A stretch of 64,000 bases of DNA from positions 5,580-69,579 of the forward strand of contig CAWAGJ010000006.1 in the NCBI GenBank assembly GCA_963781475.1. The letters run 5' to 3'. Numbering within the stretch: the stretch's first letter is position 1; each line of letters starts with the position of its first letter. Of this stretch, positions 8,422-18,507 are shown piece after piece. Source of the DNA: an uncultured Actinomycetota bacterium (lineage in GTDB: Bacteria; Actinomycetota; Actinomycetes; Propionibacteriales; Nocardioidaceae). The notes under the pieces were generated by a model. It saw only the letters and a program-made list of their open reading frames with translations, was not told the origin of the DNA and made no database searches. The translations under genes were made by a program, and so were the position numbers.

Positions 8422-9054
8422 ATGGACTTCCAGACCACCCTCTTCGCCGACGCCGCCGACGGGGCCGCCCCGACCGCCGGCGACCTGGTCCTCGACGGGG
8501 TCGAGCGGGTCGGGCTGGACCACGGCGCCTGGGTCGACGTACGACGCAGCTGGCTGCCCCGCGCCGACGAGGTGCTGGCCGCGCTGGTGCGGGAGGTGCC
8601 GTGGCGCTCCGAGCGGCGCCAGATGTACGACCGGCTGGTCGAGGTCCCCCGCCTCGTGCACACCTACATGATCGGCGAGGAGCTCCCCCACGAGGTCCTG
8701 ACGGCGGCGCGCGAGGCGCTGAGCGCGTACTACCTCCCCGAGCTCGGCGAACCGTTCCGCACCGCCGGGTGCTGCTACTACCGCGACGGCCGCGACTCCG
8801 TCGCCTGGCACGGCGACACGATCGGGCGCGGGAGCACGCACGACACGATGGTGGCGATCGTGTCCGTCGGCGACCCACGGCGGCTGGCCCTGCGCCCGCG
8901 GGGCGGCGGCGCGTCCCGGTCCTTCGAGATGGGCCACGGCGACCTGGTGGTGATGGGCGGGTCCTGCCAGCGCACCTGGGAGCACGCGGTGCCCAAGGTG
9001 GCCTCGGCCGGGCCCCGGGTGTCGGTGCAGTTCCGTCCGCTCAACGTGTTCTGA
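8422..9054 (+). CDS. alkB: alpha-ketoglutarate/Fe(II)-dependent dioxygenase, AlkB-like
   Basis: ATG at 8422 within ORF 7261..9054. HxD (WHGDT), distal His (WEHAVPK) and RVSVQFR (RxSxxFR) motifs. Confidence 0.8.
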   Translation: MDFQTTLFADAADGAAPTAGDLVLDGVERVGLDHGAWVDVRRSWLPRADEVLAALVREVPWRSERRQMYDRLVEVPRLVHTYMIGEELPHEVLTAAREALSAYYLPELGEPFRTAGCCYYRDGRDSVAWHGDTIGRGSTHDTMVAIVSVGDPRRLALRPRGGGASRSFEMGHGDLVVMGGSCQRTWEHAVPKVASAGPRVSVQFRPLNVF

Positions 9055-9089
9055 GGAACACCGGGCGGGCCTGCGGGGTTGGGGCGGAC

Positions 9090-10547
9090 ATGGCTGACTC
9101 CACCTCCACGACCGACGCCCGCGCCACCATCGGCCTGACCGGCCTGGCGGTGATGGGGCGCAACCTCGCCCGGAACATCGCCCGGCAGGGTCACACCATC
9201 GCGGTGCACAACCGGACCACCGAGAAGATGACGAGCCTCGTCGAGGAGTTCGGCGACGAGGGCGACTTCGTGCCCGCCGAGAGCCTCGAGGAGCTGGTCG
9301 CGGCCATCGAGCGGCCCCGGGCCGTGGTGATCATGGTCAAGGCCGGCGCCCCGACCGACGCCGTGATCGACGAGCTGGTCCCGCTGCTCGACCCCGACGA
9401 CATCGTCGTGGACGCCGGCAACGCGCACTACGACGACACCGTGCGCCGCGAGGCCGCCCTGGCCGAGAAGGACCTCCACTTCGTGGGCATGGGCGTCTCG
9501 GGCGGCGAGGAGGGCGCGCTGAACGGGCCCTCGATCATGCCCGGCGGCTCCGCGGCCGCCTGGGAGCGGCTGCGGCCGGTGCTGACCTCCATCGCCGCCG
9601 AGGTCGACGGCACGCCCTGCACGACCCACGTCGGTCCCGGCGCGGCCGGCCACTTCGTGAAGATGGTGCACAACGGCATCGAGTACGCCGACATGCAGCT
9701 GATCGCGGAGTCCTACGACCTGCTGCGCGCCGTCGGCGGCCTCGAGCCCGCCGAGATCGCGCAGGTCTTCCGGGAGTGGAACGACGGCGACCTGGAGTCG
9801 TTCCTGATCGACATCACCGCCGACGTCCTGGCCCACACCGACGGCGCCACCGGCGCCCCGTTCGTCGACGTGGTCCGCGACGCCGCCGAGCAGAAGGGCA
9901 CCGGTCGCTGGACCGTGCAGAACGCGCTCGACCTCGGAGTCCCGGTCACCGGCATCGCCGAGGCCACCTTCGCCCGCAGCATCTCGGGCCACACCGAGCA
10001 GCGCGCCGCCGCGGCCGAGACCTTCGGCTCCGCCCTGAACGGGGTCGAGGTCGACCGCGACGCCTTCGTCGAGAAGGTGCGGGCGGCGCTGTACGCCTCC
10101 AAGGTGGTCGCCTACGCCCAGGGCTTCGACCAGATCAAGGCCGGCAGCGTGGAGCACGACTGGGACGTCGACCTCGGCGCGATGGCCACCATCTGGCGCG
10201 GCGGCTGCATCATCCGGGCCCAGTTCCTGAACCGGATCGTGGAGGCGTACGCCGAGCGGGCCGACCTGCCCTCGCTGCTGGTCGACCCCTACTTCGCCGA
10301 CGCCGTCCGGGACGGGCTCGAGGCGTGGCGCGACGTGGTCGCGGTGGCGGCGCGGGTCGGCGTACCGACCCCCGGCTTCGCCTCGTCGCTGTCCTACTTC
10401 GACGCCCTGCGCCGCGACCGGCTGCCGGCCGCCCTGATCCAGGGCCTGCGCGACAACTTCGGGGCGCACACCTACGAGCGCACCGACCGCGAGGGCACGT
10501 TCCACACGCTGTGGGCCGGGGACCTGTCCGAGGAGGACCAGTCCTGA
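9090..10547 (+). CDS. gnd: 6-phosphogluconate dehydrogenase (decarboxylating)
   Basis: ATG at 9090 within ORF 8601..10547. Rossmann GLTGLAVMGRNLA and the MVHNGIEYADMQLIAE signature. 485 aa. Confidence 0.95.
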   Translation: MADSTSTTDARATIGLTGLAVMGRNLARNIARQGHTIAVHNRTTEKMTSLVEEFGDEGDFVPAESLEELVAAIERPRAVVIMVKAGAPTDAVIDELVPLLDPDDIVVDAGNAHYDDTVRREAALAEKDLHFVGMGVSGGEEGALNGPSIMPGGSAAAWERLRPVLTSIAAEVDGTPCTTHVGPGAAGHFVKMVHNGIEYADMQLIAESYDLLRAVGGLEPAEIAQVFREWNDGDLESFLIDITADVLAHTDGATGAPFVDVVRDAAEQKGTGRWTVQNALDLGVPVTGIAEATFARSISGHTEQRAAAAETFGSALNGVEVDRDAFVEKVRAALYASKVVAYAQGFDQIKAGSVEHDWDVDLGAMATIWRGGCIIRAQFLNRIVEAYAERADLPSLLVDPYFADAVRDGLEAWRDVVAVAARVGVPTPGFASSLSYFDALRRDRLPAALIQGLRDNFGAHTYERTDREGTFHTLWAGDLSEEDQS

Positions 10548-10574
10548 CCGGACCCGCCCGGGGCCAGAGATGCC

Positions 10575-10637
10575 GATGGTCCCTGACGAGATCGCTCTGG
10601 ATCGAGGTGATCCGCGACGATCCCGTCAGGGACCATC
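10575..10637. terminator. large hairpin between convergent gnd and coxG
   Basis: Perfect 14-bp arms GATGGTCCCTGACG (10575-10588) and CGTCAGGGACCATC (10624-10637). No U-tract, which is common for high-G+C terminators. Confidence 0.5.
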
Positions 10638-10641
10638 CGCG

Positions 10642-11415
10642 TCAGCGGCGCCGGCCCAGCAGGTAGGCCAGCACCGCGACCACCAGGGTGATCGCGGCCT
10701 GCGGGCCGTAGGTCTTGACCAGGATCGGGATGACGGCCGCGCCGAGGTCCAGCGCGTCGTCCTCCTTCGCCGCCGCGGGGCGGGGGGCCGCCCGCGGGGG
10801 GTCCGGCACGGCCTGCGGGCCGGACGGTGCCGCCGAGGCGCCCTCGCCCGCCGGGGCCGCCACGGCCGCCGGGGAGGCCGCCACGGTGGGCGGCTCCCCC
10901 TGCGCCTCGTCGCCGGCCGAGGTGCCGGCCACCGACTCCGTCGTCGCCGCGTCGGCCGGAGCCGGGGCGGGTCCGTCGGACAGCGTCTTCTCCAGGCACG
11001 CCACGAACTGGCCCAGCAGCTTGTCCGAGACGTCCTGCATCACCCCGCGCCCGAACTGCGCCGGCTTGCCGGTGACGTTCAGGTCGGTGAGGACCTGCAC
11101 GTCGGTGGCGCCCGCCGCGTCCTGCATGGACAGGGTGACCTTGGCGCCCGCGGTGCCGTTGCCGCGCTTGTCCTTGCCCTTGGCGTCCACGACGAAGCGG
11201 TGGGCCTCGTCGTCCTTCTCCACGAAGGTGCCGCTCCCCGAGTACACCAGGGCGATCGGACCGAGCTTGACCTTCACCGTGCCGGAGAAGTTCTGCTCGT
11301 CGTAGTCGCCGATGGTGGCCCCGGGGAAGCACTCCGCGAGCGCTCCCAGGTCCTGGAAGTGCGCCCAGGTCGCCTCGACCGGGGTGGGGACGGTGAAGGA
11401 GTGGGACAGGTCCAT
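10642..11415 (-). CDS. coxG: CoxG-like SRPBCC protein with Ala/Pro-rich linker and C-terminal TM anchor
   Basis: ATG at 11415 (MDLSHSFTVPTPVEATWAHF...) in ORF 10642..11451. CoxG/SRPBCC fold motifs. Tail ...AVIPILVKTYGPQAAITLVVAVLAYLLGRRR. Confidence 0.85.
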   Translation of the reverse strand: MDLSHSFTVPTPVEATWAHFQDLGALAECFPGATIGDYDEQNFSGTVKVKLGPIALVYSGSGTFVEKDDEAHRFVVDAKGKDKRGNGTAGAKVTLSMQDAAGATDVQVLTDLNVTGKPAQFGRGVMQDVSDKLLGQFVACLEKTLSDGPAPAPADAATTESVAGTSAGDEAQGEPPTVAASPAAVAAPAGEGASAAPSGPQAVPDPPRAAPRPAAAKEDDALDLGAAVIPILVKTYGPQAAITLVVAVLAYLLGRRR

Positions 11416-11422
11416 CGAGCGA

Positions 11423-12277
11423 TCAGCCCCCCGCCGCGGTGAGCACGGCACGCCGCGTCAGCACCGTCGCCAGGTGCTTGCGGTACGACGCCTCGCCGTT
11501 GAGGTCCGAGGGCGGGTTGGTGCCGTCGGCGGCCTTGGCGGCCGCCTCCCGCACCGCGTCCTCGGTGGCCTCGACACCGACCAGGGCCTCCTCCACGGTG
11601 CGCGCCCGCAGCGGGGTCGAGCCCATGTTGGTGAGCCCGACCCGCGCCTCGGCGATCCTGCCGCCCTCGACGCGCACGGCGGCGGCCACGGCCACGATCG
11701 ACCACTGGTGCTCGACGCGGACGAACTTCTCGTAGTGCGCGCCCCACCCGGTGTGCTTGGGGATCCGGACCTCGGTGAGGATCTCGTCCTCGCCGATCGC
11801 GGTCTCGAACAGGTCGACGAAGAAGTCGTCGGCCCCCACGGTGCGCGTCCCGCCCGGTCCGGCGATGACGAACTCCGCGCCGAGCGCGAGCACCGGGGCA
11901 CCCAGGTCGCCGGCCGGGTCGGCGTGGGCCAGGGCCCCGCCGAAGGTGCCGCGGTGGCGGATCTGGGCGTCGGCGAGGTGCTTGACCGCCCCGGTCACCA
12001 GGGCGGCGTGCTCGGCCACGAGCGGGTCCGCGCCGACCGCGGCGTGCGTGGTCATCGCGCCCACGACGATGGCGTCGCCGTCGTCGCGGATGCCGCGCAT
12101 CGACTCGATCTTGCCGAGGTCGATGACCATCTCGGGTGCGTTGAGACGCATCCGCAGGACCGGCAGCAGGCTCTGGCCGCCGCCGAGGATCTTGGCGTCG
12201 TCGCCGTGCTCGGCCAGGGCCGCCAGGGCGTCCTCGACGGTGGTGGGAGCCAGGTACTCGAACGGTGCGGGGATCAT
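11423..12277 (-). CDS. coxM: molybdoenzyme (CODH-family) medium subunit, FAD-binding
   Basis: 284 codons at the 3' end of ORF 11423..13339. MIPAPFEY... and GGGQSLLP FAD motif. The ATG overlaps the coxL stop (ATGA). Confidence 0.92.
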   Translation of the reverse strand: MIPAPFEYLAPTTVEDALAALAEHGDDAKILGGGQSLLPVLRMRLNAPEMVIDLGKIESMRGIRDDGDAIVVGAMTTHAAVGADPLVAEHAALVTGAVKHLADAQIRHRGTFGGALAHADPAGDLGAPVLALGAEFVIAGPGGTRTVGADDFFVDLFETAIGEDEILTEVRIPKHTGWGAHYEKFVRVEHQWSIVAVAAAVRVEGGRIAEARVGLTNMGSTPLRARTVEEALVGVEATEDAVREAAAKAADGTNPPSDLNGEASYRKHLATVLTRRAVLTAAGG

Positions 12278-14759
12278 GCCTGCGTCCCTCCAGTGGTGCG
12301 GTCGGTGGTGCCTTCCATGCCGGTCGAGGGGTCGAAGTGCGGGACGGCGGCACCCTCGGTCGGGTCCGCGCCCCCCGCCTTGATCCCGTTGACGGCCTTC
12401 CAGACGCGCTCGGGCGTGCAGGGCATCTGGATGTCGTCGACCCCGAGGTGGCGCACGGCGTCCACGATCGCGTTCACCACGGCCGGGGTGGAGGCGATGG
12501 TGCCGGCCTCGCCCACGCCCTTGGTGCCCAGCGTGTTGGTGATCGAGGGGGTCGAGGTGTGGTCGATCTCGTAGTTCATCGTGTCGGCCGCCGTCGGCAG
12601 CAGGTAGTCCACGAACGAGCCGGAGACCAGCGTCCCGGAGTCGTCGTAGACCGCCTCCTCCCACAACGCCTGCGCGATGCCCTGGACCAGGCCGCCGTGC
12701 ACCTGGCCGGAGACGATCAGCGGGTTGATCACGGTGCCGATGTCGTCCACGCAGACGTACTTGCGCATCTTCACCGCACCGGTCTCGGTGTCGACCTCCA
12801 TCGCGCACAGGTGCGTGCCGTGGGGGTAGTTGAAGTTCACCGGGTCGTAGGTGGCCTCGGAGTCCAGCGACGGCTCCATGCCCTCGGGGTAGTCGTGCGC
12901 CGAGAACATCGCCGCGGAGATCTCGCCGATGGCCATGCCCTGGTCGGTGCCGCGCACGGTGAACCGGCCGCCGGAGAACTCGATGTCGTCCACCGAGGCC
13001 TCGAGCAGGTGGGCCGCGACCGGCTTGGCCTTCTCGACGACCTTGTCGGCCGCCTTGACCAGCGCCTCGCCGCCGACGACCAGCGAGCGCGAGCCGTAGG
13101 TGTCCAGACCCTTGTGCGCGATCTGGGTGTCGCCGTGCAGCACCTCGACGTCCTCGAAGGCGACCCCGAGCCGGTCGGCGACGATCTGGCTGAACGCCGT
13201 CTCGTGGCCCTGCCCGTGGGCGGAGGCGCCGGTGACGACCTCGACCTTGCCGGTGGCCAGCATCCGCACGCTCGCGTGCTCCCAGCCGCCCGCGCCGTAG
13301 TTGAGCTGGCCGAGCACCCGCGAGGGGGCCAGGCCGCACATCTCGGTGAAGGTCGACACGCCGAGCCCGAGCTGGACCGTGTCGCCCGCGTCACGCCGGC
13401 GCTTCTGCTCGGCGCGCAGCTCGTCGTAGCCGAACATCTCGCGGGCCCGCGCGGTCGCGGCCTCGTAGTTGCCGGTGTCGTACTCGAGACCGGCGACCGT
13501 GGTGAACGGGAACTCCTCGTGCTTGATCCAGTTCTTCTCACGGACCTCGAGGGGGTCCATGTCCAGCTCGGCGGCCAGCTCGCTCATCAGCCGCTCGATC
13601 GCGAACGTGGCCTCGGGGCGCCCGGCGCCGCGGTACGCGTCGGTCCAGGTCTTGTTGGTCAGCACCGTCTGGCAGTTGAACTGGTAGGCCGGGAACTTGT
13701 AGATCGCGTTGAACATGAACGCGCCCAGCACCGGCACGCCGCCGCCGACCAGCGAGACGTACGAGCCGAGGTCGGCGAGCAGGTCGACCTTGAGGCCGGT
13801 GACGTTGCCCTCCTTGTCGGCGGCCAGGGTGAGCTTCTGCCACTGGTCGCGGCCGTGGTGGCCGGCCATCAGGCTCTCCGAGCGGGTCTCGGTGAACTTC
13901 ACCGGCTTGCCCAGCCGGTTGGCGATGGCGAAGGTCAGCCACTCCTCCGGCGTGGTCTGGAGCTTGCCGCCGAAGCCGCCGCCCACGTCGGGGGCGATGA
14001 CCCGGATCTTGGACTCCGACACGCCCGTGGTCGCGGCGAGCGCGAACCGCAGGATGTGGGGGACCTGGGTCGCCGACCACATGGTGATCTGCTCGCCGGT
14101 GGGGTCCACCACGGTCGAGCGCGGCTCCATGAAGGCCGGGATCAGTCGCTGCTGGCGGTACTCGCGCTCGATGACGACGCCGTCGGTGCGGGCCTTCTCG
14201 ATGGCCTCGTCCACGCTGGTGCCGGTGCCGGCGTCGACGGAGTCGAACTGCCAGAACGCCGACTTGTTGGTGCCCAGGTCGGGGTGGGCCAGCACCTCGT
14301 CGGCGGCGGACTTCTTCAGGTCCAGCGCGGCGGGGAGCTCGTCGTACTCGACGTCGACCAGCTCGGCGGCGTCGCGGGCCTCGGTCTGCGTGCGGGCGAC
14401 CACGATCGCCACGATCTCGCCGGCGAAGGTGACCCGGTCCGCGGGGCACGGCACGTGGGTCGGGGTGACCTGGTCGGGGGTGATCGCCCAGGCGTTGATC
14501 AGCACGCCCTGGCTCTCGCCGAGGTCGGCGCCGGTGAACACCGCGACCACGTTCGGCGAGGCCTCGGCCTCGGACTTGTCGATGGAGGTGATGGTGGCGT
14601 GCGCGAAGGGGCTGCGCACCATGGCGAGGTGCAGCATGCCGGGCAGCGTGATGTTGTCGGTCCAGCGGGTGCGACCGGTGATCAGGCGCTGGTCCTCCTT
14701 GCGGAGCCGCTCCTGCCCGATCTCCGGGATGGCCTCGGTGGACCGGTCCTGGGTGGTGG

Positions 14760-14763
<4 letters not shown>
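12274..14763 (-). CDS. coxL: form-II CODH-family large subunit (molybdopterin-binding), substrate unknown
   Basis: ATG at 14763 (MTTTQDRS...) in ORF 12274..15339, 829 aa. The active-site loop reads AYRGAGR (form II), not AYxCSFR (form I). S-L-M gene order also fits form II. Confidence 0.92.
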
Positions 14764-15266
<503 letters not shown>

Positions 15267-15283
15267 GGCCTGCTCGCTCCCTT

Positions 15284-15319
15284 GCGTGGGCTGTGGTGCG
15301 TGGGCTGTCGTGCGTGAGC
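15284..15319. repeat. 14-bp tandem repeat upstream of coxS
   Basis: GCGTGGGCTGTGGT, GCGTGGGCTGTCGT and a partial GCGTGAGC, 18-55 nt upstream of the coxS start. Confidence 0.6.
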
Positions 15320-15332
15320 ACGGAGGTCGCCG

Positions 15333-15353
15333 GACCCACGTGTGACGTGGGTC
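15333..15353. promoter_or_regulatory. perfect palindrome GACCCACGT-GTG-ACGTGGGTC (candidate operator or regulator-gene terminator)
   Basis: 9-bp arms with a 3-nt centre, between the regulator stop (15421) and the coxS start (15266). Confidence 0.35.
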
Positions 15354-15420
15354 TCTCGTGCCGGTGACGCTAGGCCGCCACGGTTGGCCGATGGTTGGAG
15401 CCCCCCGGGCCGGCGGCGCC

Positions 15421-16692
15421 TCAGCGGGTCGCGGCCGCGAGCTTGCCCTTGAGCAGGGGCTTCGCGGCGTGGTGGCGGTCGCCGAGGACCTCCAGGCACT
15501 TCTCGACGACCTCGATGTCGTACGGCGCCAGGTCGGCGTAGCGCAGCACCGCGGCCGGCTCGGGGTCGACCAGCAGCGCCTCGCGCACGGCGACCGCGAC
15601 GTAGTCGGCCAGCTCGGCCAGGGCGGGGCTGTTGGTGCCGGGCAGCAGGTCCCCGCCGTACGCCCGGACGGCGCGGGCGACCTGGCCCGCGCGCAGCAGG
15701 TCCAGCACCCGGTCGACGTCGGTGGTGACCGGCATCGTGAGCCGGTAGGGCCGCGAGGCCAGCTGTCCGCCGAGGGCGGCCCGCAGGTGGGAGACCTCGG
15801 CCTTGAGCGTGGAGAGCGTGACGGCCTGGTCGCCGTAGACGAGGGCGTGCAGCCGGTCCAGCGAGAGCCCCTCGGGGTGCAGCGCGAGCAGCGCCAGGAT
15901 CTCGGTCTGGCGGCGGTTCAGCAGCAGCCGCTGACCGTCGTGGCGCACCTCGGCGGTGCCGAGCAGGCGCATCACCAGGCCCGGCTCGGAGTCCAGCGCG
16001 TCGCCGACCGGGACGCCGTCGGCCTGCCCGATCAGGTCCTCCAGGGCGGTCGGCTGGTAGGCCGAGCGCGGCATCGCGGACTCGATCAGCCGCGCCATCA
16101 CCCGGGCCGTGGCCAGGCCGATCGGGTGGCTGCGGTCCCAGGTCGTCGACAGGTCGATGACGCCGATCTGGCGACCGCTGTGCGGGTCGAAGACGGGCGC
16201 GGCCCAGCACACCCAGTTGTGCACGATCGGGGCGTAGTGCTCGGCCGAGAAGACCATCGACGGCGTGGCCATCCTGGTGGCCAGGTCGAGGGCGTTGGTC
16301 CCGACCGACTGGTCGTCCCACCGGGCGCCGGGGGCGAAGTTCACGCTCTCGGCCTTGCGGCGCATCACCCGACCGCCGTAGGTCCACAGGATCCGGGTCT
16401 GGGCGTCGGTGACGGCCAGCACCAGGTCGCCGTCCTCGGCGGTGCGCCGCAGCTCGGCCTCGACCCCGGCCACCGCCTCCTGGAGCGGGGAGTCCTGCCA
16501 CAGCGACGCGGTCTCGTCCTCGTCGGACATCGGCGCGGCCTCGACCCCGGTCGGCACGGCGGCGACCGAGCGGGTCCAGCTGGAGAGGATCTCGGGCCGC
16601 ACCCGCGACTGCGCGGAGTCGCCGTGCTCGACGAACGAGGTCCACGCCTTGAGCGTCTCGACCTTCCGGGTGTGCAGCTCGTCGGTGACCAT
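15421..16692 (-). CDS. GAF-domain transcriptional regulator with SARP-type wHTH + BTAD-like C-terminus
   Basis: ORF 15421..16692. Central GAF-like region ([14 protein letters not shown]...IGVIDLS). [39 protein letters not shown]...LKAEVSHLR is an OmpR/SARP wHTH. The start shares one nt with the mftF-like stop (TGATG). Confidence 0.85.
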   Translation of the reverse strand: MVTDELHTRKVETLKAWTSFVEHGDSAQSRVRPEILSSWTRSVAAVPTGVEAAPMSDEDETASLWQDSPLQEAVAGVEAELRRTAEDGDLVLAVTDAQTRILWTYGGRVMRRKAESVNFAPGARWDDQSVGTNALDLATRMATPSMVFSAEHYAPIVHNWVCWAAPVFDPHSGRQIGVIDLSTTWDRSHPIGLATARVMARLIESAMPRSAYQPTALEDLIGQADGVPVGDALDSEPGLVMRLLGTAEVRHDGQRLLLNRRQTEILALLALHPEGLSLDRLHALVYGDQAVTLSTLKAEVSHLRAALGGQLASRPYRLTMPVTTDVDRVLDLLRAGQVARAVRAYGGDLLPGTNSPALAELADYVAVAVREALLVDPEPAAVLRYADLAPYDIEVVEKCLEVLGDRHHAAKPLLKGKLAAATR

Positions 16693-18380
16693 CAGCTCCC
16701 CTGGTGCCCTTCCCTCGTCGCCGCGAACATAGCACCGGGCCTGTGACCGTCCTCACGTGCTCGTGGCGGCGTCCCGCCGACCGGACGACCGCTCGACCGG
16801 CCGCGGAGCAGCACCGGCAGCAGCGCCCGCGGCGAGCGGGCGCGGGCCGCGCCGGCCCACACGCCCGCGCCGTAGGCCAGGTCGTCGAGGCGGTGGGCCA
16901 GGACGTACGCCGCCCGGGGCTGGGAGGACCCGACCCGGTGGTGGTCCCACAGGCCCTCCCCCACCGCCGCGACCAGCAGCGCCCGCCGCGCGCGGCGGGA
17001 GCCGGTGGCGGCGAGGACGGCCAGCGGCCAGTGGTGCCGGGTCAGCGACGCGGCGGTCTGGCTCAGCACCGCCCCGACCCCGCGGGTGGCCAGGCCCGCG
17101 GCGTCCCGGCCGGGGCGGTCGCCGGGCAGCCGGCGCGCCAGCACCACGGTCGCGGTCCCCCAGGCCGCCACCACGACGGGCACCGACCAGCGCCGCTGGG
17201 CCAGCAGCGCGACCGCGGTCACCGCCGCCCACGGGGTCAGCACGACCGGGGCGACGGCGTCGCCGTGGCGGTCGGCGAGGTCCGCGGCCGAGCCGCCGTA
17301 GAAGGCCTTGCGGCGCAGCCAGGCCACCGGCCCCGCGCGGTGGTCGTGGCGCACCCGCGCCGCGGGCTCGTACCGCACCCGCCACCCCGCACCGACCAGC
17401 CGCCAGACCAGGTCGACGTCCTCCCCGCTGCGCAGCTCCTCGGCGAACCCGTCCCCCAGGGCCGCCACCCGGGCGACCCAGCAGGCGCTCGGCACGTAGG
17501 AGACCGGGGCCCGCGGGCGCACCTGGGCCGCGCGGGCCCCCAGGTCGAGCGAGGAGCGGTCGGCCTCGTACGCCCCCACCCACCGTGCGAGACGACCCGC
17601 CGAGGGTGCCCCCGCCAGCGCGAGCACCCGGGGCGCGGCGAGCGCGACCAGCGGGTCCTCGAGGTGCCGCACCAGGGTGGCCAGCCAGCCCGGCTCGGGG
17701 ACGACGTCGGAGTCGACGAACGCCACCAGCGGGGTGCCCACGGCGGCCAGACCGGTGTTGCGGGCCGCGGCGGGACCCCGGTTGACGGGGTGCCGCAGCA
17801 GCCGGGCGCCGTGCGCCGCCGCGAGCGCCGCCACCGGGCCGGGGTCGCCCGAGGCGTCGTCGACCACCAGCACCGGCACCCCGGCCGGCAGCGCGTCCAG
17901 CAGCCGGGCCAGCTCCGTCGGACGGTCGTGCACGGGCACCACGACCGTCACGCCGGCGACGCCGGCGACGCCGGCGTCGGAGTGGTCGGTGGCGTCGCCC
18001 GCTGCCTCGGGCCACCACGGCTCCGCCACGCCGGCGTCGAGCAGGGTGCGGGCCAGCCGCCGGGTCGCGGGGTCCTCGGCAAGGGCGGGCAGCCCGACCA
18101 CGAAGTCGGCGGCGGGCGGGGACAGCCGCAGGACGCGGTCGGCGCCGTGGCCCCGCAGCGTCCGGGTCCCGTCGGCCGCGCGGGCCCCCAGCCGGGCGCC
18201 GGGCAGCAGCCGCAGGCCGGTGCCGGCGGGCACGGGCGGCGCGGGCCCGGGCGAGCCGGGCAGGCCGGGCCGGGCGGGCCGGGCGGGCCGGGCGCGGGAG
18301 TGGTCATCGCGGCCATCGTGGCCGGTCGGGGCCCCGGCGGACCACCGGACCCCGGGCGCGCCGTCCGGGGGACCCGGCAC
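16692..18380 (-). CDS. mftF: family-2 glycosyltransferase, mycofactocin-system MftF-like (start uncertain)
   Basis: ORF 16692..18380. GT2 core VTVVVPVHDRP..LARLLDAL....VLVVDDAS and FVDSDV. The N-terminal LRL.P.A..F...L....ATRRLARTLLDAGVAEP region and the C-terminal membrane segment match my recollection of MftF architecture. The Pro-rich first ~40 codons may not be translated. Confidence 0.6.
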   Translation of the reverse strand: MPGPPDGAPGVRWSAGAPTGHDGRDDHSRARPARPARPGLPGSPGPAPPVPAGTGLRLLPGARLGARAADGTRTLRGHGADRVLRLSPPAADFVVGLPALAEDPATRRLARTLLDAGVAEPWWPEAAGDATDHSDAGVAGVAGVTVVVPVHDRPTELARLLDALPAGVPVLVVDDASGDPGPVAALAAAHGARLLRHPVNRGPAAARNTGLAAVGTPLVAFVDSDVVPEPGWLATLVRHLEDPLVALAAPRVLALAGAPSAGRLARWVGAYEADRSSLDLGARAAQVRPRAPVSYVPSACWVARVAALGDGFAEELRSGEDVDLVWRLVGAGWRVRYEPAARVRHDHRAGPVAWLRRKAFYGGSAADLADRHGDAVAPVVLTPWAAVTAVALLAQRRWSVPVVVAAWGTATVVLARRLPGDRPGRDAAGLATRGVGAVLSQTAASLTRHHWPLAVLAATGSRRARRALLVAAVGEGLWDHHRVGSSQPRAAYVLAHRLDDLAYGAGVWAGAARARSPRALLPVLLRGRSSGRPVGGTPPRAREDGHRPGAMFAATREGHQGS

Positions 18381-18507
18381 ACCTGACCGGACGGGCAGGT
18401 CCGGCCCTCACCCGCGGAGCAGTCTTCGGATCCTCGTCTGGTGCCTGCGGTGGGTCGCTCCTAGCGTCCGCCGTGAGCCCATCGCCACACCCCCAGGAGG
18501 ATCCGAC

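Noticed and set aside
7261-9054. 597-aa ORF as a fused protein upstream of AlkB
   Set aside because: The first ~390 codons are antisense to the ABC ATPase gene and low-complexity. The AlkB-like domain starts at ATG 8422, right after the SOS box.
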